DNA of 64,000 bases from a bacterium (GTDB lineage Bacteria; Zixibacteria; MSB-5A5; GN15; FEB-12). A model generated the notes under the pieces. That model saw only the letters and a list, made by a program, of their open reading frames with translations. It searched no databases and was not told the DNA's origin. Shown in pieces: positions 58,801-64,000 of this stretch; position 1 is the first letter of the stretch; each line of letters begins with the position of its first letter. Position numbers and translations under genes: made by a program. Where the stretch lies: assembly GCA_043811375.1 (NCBI GenBank), contig JBDRNJ010000074.1:58880-122879 (forward strand), given 5' to 3'.

Positions 58801-61800
58801 TTCCATCACCATTATCAATGTAGGAAGCCGAACCTGGTAAAGCAGAACTGGTCATCAGCGGCGTGTCACCATCAGCATCATTAGCTACAGCCGTGAAGTT
58901 CAGGTTAGAATCCTCCGAGATCGTCTGGGGACCAATCGGATTCAACACCGGGTCCTGATTGAAATCACCGATATCTATCTGAACGATCTCAGAGTCGACA
59001 GCCGACGAATCATCGGTAGCGTAGAAAGTCACATAATATGTCCCGGCATCGGTAAGGCTCGGCGTCCAGTTGAAGGCTCCGGTGCCGTCACCATTGTCGG
59101 TGAAACCGGCCGTGCCCGGCAGAGTCGAGGTCGTCAAGGCAGGTGTGCTCTCAGCATCGGTAGCCGACACGCCAAACGTCAATAGCACGTCCTCACTACC
59201 CGACTGAGTGCCGATTGCAGCCAGCACCGGGGCCTGGTTACCGGCCTCGGCGATATCGATTTGTACGATTTCACTGTCGACCGCGGCCAAATCGTCAGTG
59301 GCGTAGAAAGTCACAAAATATGTGCCGGCATCGGTGAACGAAGGTGTCCAGTTAAAGTCACCGGTACCGTCACCATTGTCTGTAAACCCGGCCGTGCCCG
59401 GCAGAGTCGAGGTCGTCAAGGCAGGTGTGCTCTCGGCATCGGTAGCCGACACGCCAAATGTCAGCAAGACGTTCTCATTACCTGTCTGAGTACCTATTGC
59501 AGCCAGCACCGGCAACTGATTACCAGCCTCGGTGATATTAATCTGAACGATTTCACTGTCGACCGCGGCCAAATCATCAGTGGCGTAGAAAATCACAAAA
59601 TATGTCCCGGCATCGGTGAACGAAGGCGTCCAGTTAAAGTCACCGGTACCGTCGCCATTGTCCGTGAAACCAGCTGTACCCGGTAGAGTCGAAGTCGTCA
59701 GTACCGGCGTGCTCTCGGCATCGGTAGCCGATACGCCAAACGTCAACTGCACGTCCTCAGTACCCGACTGAGTGCCTATCGTCGCCAGCACCGGCAACTG
59801 ATTACCGGCCTCGGCAATATCAATCTGAACGATCTCACTGTCGACCGCCGCCATATCATCGGTCGCGTAGAACGTCACAAAATATGTGCCGGCATCGGTG
59901 AACGAAGGCGTCCAGTTAAAGTCACCGGTGCCGTCGCCATTGTCCGTAAAACCAGAAGTTCCCGGCAGAGTCGAAGTCGTCAGTACCGGCGTGCTCTCGG
60001 CATCGGTAGCCGACACGCCAAATGTCAGCAAGACGTTCTCATTACCTGTCTGAGTACCTATCGACACCAGCACCGGCAACTGATTACCAGTCTCGGTGAT
60101 ATCAATCTGAACTATTTCACTGTCGACCGCGGCCAAATCATCAGTGGCGTAGAAAGTCACAAAATATGTGCCGGCATCGGTGAAACCAGGAGTCCAGTTA
60201 AAGTCACCGGTACCGTCGCCAATGTCCGTGAAAACGGCTGTTCCCGGTAGAGTCGAAGTCGTCAGTACCGGCGTGCTCTCGGCATCGGTAGCCGATACGC
60301 CAAACGTCAACAGCACGTCCTCAGTACCCGACTGAGTGCCTATTGCAGCCAGCACCGGCAACTGATTACCAGCCTCGGTGATATCAATCTGTACGATCTC
60401 AGAGTCGACCGCCGCCGAATCATCGGTAGCGTAAAACGTCACATAATACGTCCCGGCATCGGTGAAACCAGGCGTCCAGTTAAAGTCACCGGTACCGTCG
60501 CCATTGTCCGTGAAACCAGCTGTACCCGGCAGAGTCGAAGTCGTCAGTACCGGCGTGCTCTCGGCATCGGTAGCCGATACGCCAAACGTCAATAAGATGT
60601 TCTCGATGCCCGACTGAGTGCCTATTGCAGCCAACACCGGCAACTGATTACCGGCCTCGGTGATATCGATCTGAACGATCTCAGAGTCGACCGCGGCCAA
60701 ATCGTCAGTGGCGTAGAAAGTCACAAAATATGTCCCGGCATCGGTGAACGAAGGCATCCAGCTAAAGTCACCGGTGCCGTCACCATTGTCCGTAAAACCA
60801 GAAGTTCCCGGCAGAGTCGAAGTCGTCAAGGCAGGTGTGCTCTCGGCATCACTGGCCGACACGCCAAACGTCAATAAGATGTTCTCGGTGCCCGACTGCG
60901 TTCCTATCGATGCCAGCACCGGGGCCTGGTTGCCGGTCTCAGTGATATCGACCTGAACTATCTCGGAGTCAACCGCCGCCGAATCATCGGTAGCGTAAAA
61001 AGTCACATAATATGTCCCGGCATCAGTGAACGAAGGCGTCCAGTTAAAATCACCGGTACCATCACCATTATCCGTGAACCCGGCCGTGCCCGGTAGAGTC
61101 GAAGTCGTCAAGGCAGGCGTACTCTCGGCATCGGTAGCAGATACGCCAAACGTCAACAAGATGTTCTCGGTGCCCGACTGCGTACCTGTCGACACCAGCA
61201 CCGGAGCCTGGTTACCGGCATCAGTGATATCGATCTGTACGATCTCACTGTCGACCGCCGCCATATCATCAGTCGCGTAAAAAGTCACATAATATGTCCC
61301 GGCATCGAAAAAGCCCGGTGTCCAGTTGAAGGCACCGGTGCCGTCACCATTGTCGGTGAACCCGGCTGTGCCCGGCAGAGTCGAGGTAGTCAATGTTGGC
61401 GTTGTTCCGTCAGGATCACTCGCCGATACGCCAAACGTCAGCAAGATGTTCTCATTACCTGACTGAGTGCCTATTGATGCCAGCACCGGGTTGTGGTTAG
61501 CGGTATAGGTGTACCCGCCGACAAGAGTGTTTGAGGCCATCGCCGAGGCCGTGTTGGTCACCTGGACATCCACCGGTCCCTGTGTACCGGCCTGTGTAGT
61601 ACCAGTGATAAGGTAGGGCGAAACAACGACGATCCCTGTGAGTGAAGAAGTACCCACTACTGCATCGGTACCGGCCATGTCAAATCCGGACCCGTTGATA
61701 CTCACGAAGGTACCGCCGGAAGACCGGCCGCTATCCGGATCGATGCTGTTAACAACCGGAGCGCTCACCGAGGATGAGTTGGCAGTAACAACAGCCGAAT

Positions 61801-62497
61801 GCCGGGAGTAATTGCCGGAGGCATCTTCGGCAATGATGAGATAATCATAGGAGCTCACGCCGTCGACAGTGGTGTCGACAAAAAAGCTGTCGGACACTCC
61901 CGGATCAGTGAGTAAACCGGAAGTGTTGTCAAGGCGGAAGAATGAACCGTTGGAGACAGCGTCACGGCGGTAAACATGATACGTCAGTCCTGAGACACCA
62001 TTCCACGCCACCAGCAGGCGCGTACTCGATATGGCCATAGTCGTAAGACCGGTTGGCTGCGAGGGCCACGACACTGACGACAGGAGAATATCTTCCTGCT
62101 GAAAGGAGTTACTGGGGATGAGTTTTGCCAGATGATACCTTTCGCTGTTAATGGTATTGTAGAAGTGGTAGTCATAGGGATTCCCCGGTGATTCAGTGAG
62201 GTAGTTCTGAAAATCGTCGAACCAGTTGCCGTTGTCGTAGCCGGCGCCGGTGCTCGTCTCTATCCTGATCTCCTCGTCGGTATCATCCAGATACCCGAAG
62301 AAACTGATCTCCCCGTTGGCCGGTGTGGAAAGATCGGAGTTCTGCACCGCACCATATATTGACCCCTGGGCAAATGCTGACGCCGGCAACCCCGCTACTA
62401 TCAATGCTATCAAGGCATATAGGTACAGGTACCTGATGCCTGTGTTCCTGGATTTCATTACTAAATCTCCGTTTATTGTAACGTCACTTTTTCCCAT
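55829..62497 (-). CDS. Giant surface protein: FN3-like, IPT/TIG, about 19 cadherin/Ig-like repeats, C-terminal dockerin-like domain (start may be ATG at 62458)
   Basis: Signal peptide; APVVNSIDPDSG..GGTFVSING (IPT); NQxPVL...DNGDGTG.F.WTP repeats; C-terminal RGDTDDN...YLF...AGDADLSGSINVSDIAYMVNFLY. Confidence 0.88.
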   Translation of the reverse strand: MGKSDVTINGDLVMKSRNTGIRYLYLYALIALIVAGLPASAFAQGSIYGAVQNSDLSTPANGEISFFGYLDDTDEEIRIETSTGAGYDNGNWFDDFQNYLTESPGNPYDYHFYNTINSERYHLAKLIPSNSFQQEDILLSSVSWPSQPTGLTTMAISSTRLLVAWNGVSGLTYHVYRRDAVSNGSFFRLDNTSGLLTDPGVSDSFFVDTTVDGVSSYDYLIIAEDASGNYSRHSAVVTANSSSVSAPVVNSIDPDSGRSSGGTFVSINGSGFDMAGTDAVVGTSSLTGIVVVSPYLITGTTQAGTQGPVDVQVTNTASAMASNTLVGGYTYTANHNPVLASIGTQSGNENILLTFGVSASDPDGTTPTLTTSTLPGTAGFTDNGDGTGAFNWTPGFFDAGTYYVTFYATDDMAAVDSEIVQIDITDAGNQAPVLVSTGTQSGTENILLTFGVSATDAESTPALTTSTLPGTAGFTDNGDGTGDFNWTPSFTDAGTYYVTFYATDDSAAVDSEIVQVDITETGNQAPVLASIGTQSGTENILLTFGVSASDAESTPALTTSTLPGTSGFTDNGDGTGDFSWMPSFTDAGTYFVTFYATDDLAAVDSEIVQIDITEAGNQLPVLAAIGTQSGIENILLTFGVSATDAESTPVLTTSTLPGTAGFTDNGDGTGDFNWTPGFTDAGTYYVTFYATDDSAAVDSEIVQIDITEAGNQLPVLAAIGTQSGTEDVLLTFGVSATDAESTPVLTTSTLPGTAVFTDIGDGTGDFNWTPGFTDAGTYFVTFYATDDLAAVDSEIVQIDITETGNQLPVLVSIGTQTGNENVLLTFGVSATDAESTPVLTTSTLPGTSGFTDNGDGTGDFNWTPSFTDAGTYFVTFYATDDMAAVDSEIVQIDIAEAGNQLPVLATIGTQSGTEDVQLTFGVSATDAESTPVLTTSTLPGTAGFTDNGDGTGDFNWTPSFTDAGTYFVIFYATDDLAAVDSEIVQINITEAGNQLPVLAAIGTQTGNENVLLTFGVSATDAESTPALTTSTLPGTAGFTDNGDGTGDFNWTPSFTDAGTYFVTFYATDDLAAVDSEIVQIDIAEAGNQAPVLAAIGTQSGSEDVLLTFGVSATDAESTPALTTSTLPGTAGFTDNGDGTGAFNWTPSLTDAGTYYVTFYATDDSSAVDSEIVQIDIGDFNQDPVLNPIGPQTISEDSNLNFTAVANDADGDTPLMTSSALPGSASYIDNGDGTGTFDWTPTYADSGVHLVTFYAIDSAYPTSMDSEAVTITVTNINQEPILNPIGARSVVEGGTLYFVVSASDPDGDTPVMTTSTLPGTAIFTDNGDGTGAFDWATVFTDQGVYYVTFYATDSAYTAAVDSEEVMIVVGEAGNQAPVLAAVNDTVISEGATLVVAVSATDPEGQGIVFTVSTTLNNYSFVDNGDGTGALTYQPDYHDAGVDTVRLFATDDGSPQATGSEVMVITTVNVNQPPEFDPAGPFGVEMLDTLVFTVTAVDSSDTLGARLFLSVVAPPANSQFIDHGDNTGTFTFRPDTTQVGIDTVTFLATDQGTPALSGNLLVEITVVATNFAPVLNAIGPQIIAEGEILTINLSATDPDGPPPSLDTANAPENSTFVDYGDGTGLYLLAPSFVQAGLYHVTFKAYDGIDVTKEIVMIEVTEAGNQRPEFDSVPSPSVTEGYTLNDVVTASDPDLDPVTITFDSTTMPVNFLYSDTGGGTAVFQFSPDYTQAGTYYVDAIVSDGELAETTTVVIDVIEAGNQTPEWGIIGDQSVVETHNLSFTINATDPDSTLPMIYGSGVPAGASFPDTAYGSAAFSWTPSWDDSGTYQVTFYLEDSLDPAIIDSQLITITVADSNRAPWIWVPSQIDTLAEGNTLYYRVTAWDDDGPNPVLTATLSGDTALAPNMTFYDSANGSGVLTFTPNYDQGDDNPTFYYVDFVASDSADTSIHRDPWPVTFRVYPTNQPPEMEFSLGTGPFTINEGDNLTFSVLGTDQDSPDPTLLVNNVPTNATWNLMLNNLGFFSFSPDFTQAGQYLPQFIVYDNQFKADTQVIEINVIDVGNQAPVFSTVLPDTIEVFTGISHDTDLVATDLDLDSIVLTAIYSIAEGAGFTDNGDGTGTFYYSPDVGVIGSVFQVLFIAEDYPAGAADTIVTHYRVNNFMRGDTDDNDKYTFNDIVVLTNYLFREGNIPLPSEAGDADLSGSINVSDIAYMVNFLYNSGPRPPQ
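58961..61498 (-). repeat. Nine near-identical 282-nt (94-aa) tandem repeats
   Basis: CACCGGCAACTGATTA recurs at 59507, 59789, 60071 etc. (period 282); span 2538 = 9 x 282. Confidence 0.92.
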
Positions 62498-62508
62498 CTC
62501 ATAAACCT

Positions 62509-64000
62509 CTACGGTCCCGGAAAGGTGCCACTCGTGGCGGCGTTACCCTGGTATGGCCTGCCTGCCCGGACCGGGAAGTTGGGTCCGAACCCAGCCGCGA
62601 ACCGTGATTCGTAGTTTTGTGAACCGACAATGAAGTTGTTCAGGGTGTTCAGCACTCCGGGAATGTAATCAAGAATATCCTGGGCAACCGTAAAGTTGTT
62701 TTCATGCTCGAAAGGTACCATCAGGAAATTATAGTTCGTCGTCGATGTCGTGATAATAGAATAAGAGACAGCTCCGCTATCAGGGACCGCTCCCGCCAGA
62801 CTGAATATCGTGCCGGCGGCAGTATTAACCTGGTAGACGCCTCCAGTGACAACGGTAAAATTCGTCCCAAAACCAGCCGCAAAGCGTGCTTCATAGCTCT
62901 GCGATGCGGCGTCAAAGTTGTTGACGGTCGATACATTAACGGAGCCGATAGCGTCAATGAGTCCGTCCGCATCGGTGATACCGGAATTCTCAAACGGGAT
63001 TCCGACCAGGTTGTAGTTGGTGGTCGACGTAGTCACCAGCTGGTAATCATACTCTCCAACCCGGTTGGAAACCGCCGAACGGTTTCCGTATATGTCTACT
63101 GCCTCTACCACGTAGAAATACTGTATGGAGGTATCCCCTACCACATTGGCACCGTTTATGTCCATATCGTCAAATGTAGTTGTGAATTCATCCGTGACGC
63201 CGATTGAGTCTGCCGGCCCGGGTGCGAAATAGGCCCGGGTGCCGCGCGACACCACATAGCGATCAATAGTTGTGGCAAAACCGGCCGTATCCGTTGAGAT
63301 TGGCGACCAGCTCAATTGTATCGCATCGCCGATTATTTGTATATCCAGATCCGACACTGTCACCGGAGGAGCGGTATTGACAACATCGATCGATACCGTA
63401 TCCGGCGTCGAACTGGTTTGGGCATCGTCGACTGTCAACTCGAATATGTAAGTGTCAGCCACAACAGGTATAAACGTTGGCGTTGAATCGGCCGGGTCTG
63501 ACAATGATACTGTTTGACCGCCAATCTGTATCCAACCGTAGCCGAGAGAATCACCGTCAGGATCATACGACGCCGCACCATCCAGTGTCACCTGATTGCC
63601 GAGCGAAACACCGCTCTGATCCGGACCGGCATCAGCCACCGGAGTGCGATTATCATCTGACACATTGATCTGAACTATCTCACTGTCAACCGCCACCGAA
63701 TCATCGGTAGCATAAAACGTCACATAATATGTCCCGGCATCAAAAAAGTCCGGCGTCCAGTTAAAGGTTCCGGTACCGTCACCGTTGTCGGTGAACCCGG
63801 CTGTGCCCGGCAGAGTCGAAGTCGTCAAGGCAGGCGTGCTCTCGGCATCACTGGCCGAAACCCCAAACGTCAGCAGCACGTCCTCACTGCCCGACTGAGT
63901 CCCTATTGTCGCCAGCACCGGCAACTGGTTACCGGCATCGGCGATATCAATCTGAACTATCTCACTGTCAACTGCCGCCGAATCATCGGTAGCGTAGAAA
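62509..64000 (-). CDS. C-terminal part of a second Ig-repeat surface protein (5' end outside the window)
   Basis: Frame open to the window edge; same 94-aa repeat, then PKD-like PVADAGPDQ, FN3-like, and a duplicated TTSTTNYN...RFAAGFG module. Confidence 0.88.
   Translation of the reverse strand, partial: FYATDDSAAVDSEIVQIDIADAGNQLPVLATIGTQSGSEDVLLTFGVSASDAESTPALTTSTLPGTAGFTDNGDGTGTFNWTPDFFDAGTYYVTFYATDDSVAVDSEIVQINVSDDNRTPVADAGPDQSGVSLGNQVTLDGAASYDPDGDSLGYGWIQIGGQTVSLSDPADSTPTFIPVVADTYIFELTVDDAQTSSTPDTVSIDVVNTAPPVTVSDLDIQIIGDAIQLSWSPISTDTAGFATTIDRYVVSRGTRAYFAPGPADSIGVTDEFTTTFDDMDINGANVVGDTSIQYFYVVEAVDIYGNRSAVSNRVGEYDYQLVTTSTTNYNLVGIPFENSGITDADGLIDAIGSVNVSTVNNFDAASQSYEARFAAGFGTNFTVVTGGVYQVNTAAGTIFSLAGAVPDSGAVSYSIITTSTTNYNFLMVPFEHENNFTVAQDILDYIPGVLNTLNNFIVGSQNYESRFAAGFGPNFPVRAGRPYQGNAATSGTFPGP

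Noticed and set aside
58961..61498. CRISPR array
   Set aside because: The period is 282 nt, in frame and coding, with no unique spacers and no cas genes.
1..64000. tRNA, rRNA, IS or prophage genes
   Set aside because: No cloverleaf or rRNA-like sequence in the intergenic gaps and no transposase, integrase or phage ORFs recognised.

Overview
Bacterial chromosomal window from a diderm organism. It is most likely an FCB-related lineage such as candidate phylum Zixibacteria; this is inferred from Cys-flanked dockerin-like C-termini together with a T9SS/FlgD-type C-terminal domain. In order: skp-bamA-rplU; a secreted TSP3/dockerin protein; divergent rpsT/murJ; comEC; an expanded MglA/roadblock cluster (DUF4388, small membrane protein, TPR-roadblock, TM-roadblock, free roadblock, MglA with a long tail ending in a MinD-like membrane-targeting helix, MglB) directly followed by pilB-pilT-pilC-pilS; a minus-strand block (polyferredoxin, HMA-like, GNAT, M48 peptidase, GT-C-like); an AT-rich HEPN-like gene between REP-like hairpins; fbaB, PhzF, CBM9/DUF5916, GT4; a peptidoglycan-recycling operon (nagZ-anmK-spoIID-ompA-2H phosphoesterase) headed by a diguanylate cyclase with a PilS-like membrane sensor; a bactofilin-like membrane protein; ggt; a GH35-like protein with altered active-site motifs; and an ~18 kb surface-protein island (T9SS-type CTD protein with a possible cohesin-like domain, two paralogous dockerin proteins with conserved long leaders, and two giant Ig-repeat proteins sharing a 282-nt repeat). 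The best candidates for undescribed systems are (1) the membrane-tethered multi-roadblock/MglA module wired to the type IV pilus motor and comEC, and (2) a possible non-cellulosomal dockerin/cohesin-like surface display system. No tRNA, rRNA, CRISPR array or transposase was recognised. All family calls come from motif recognition by eye; no searches were run.
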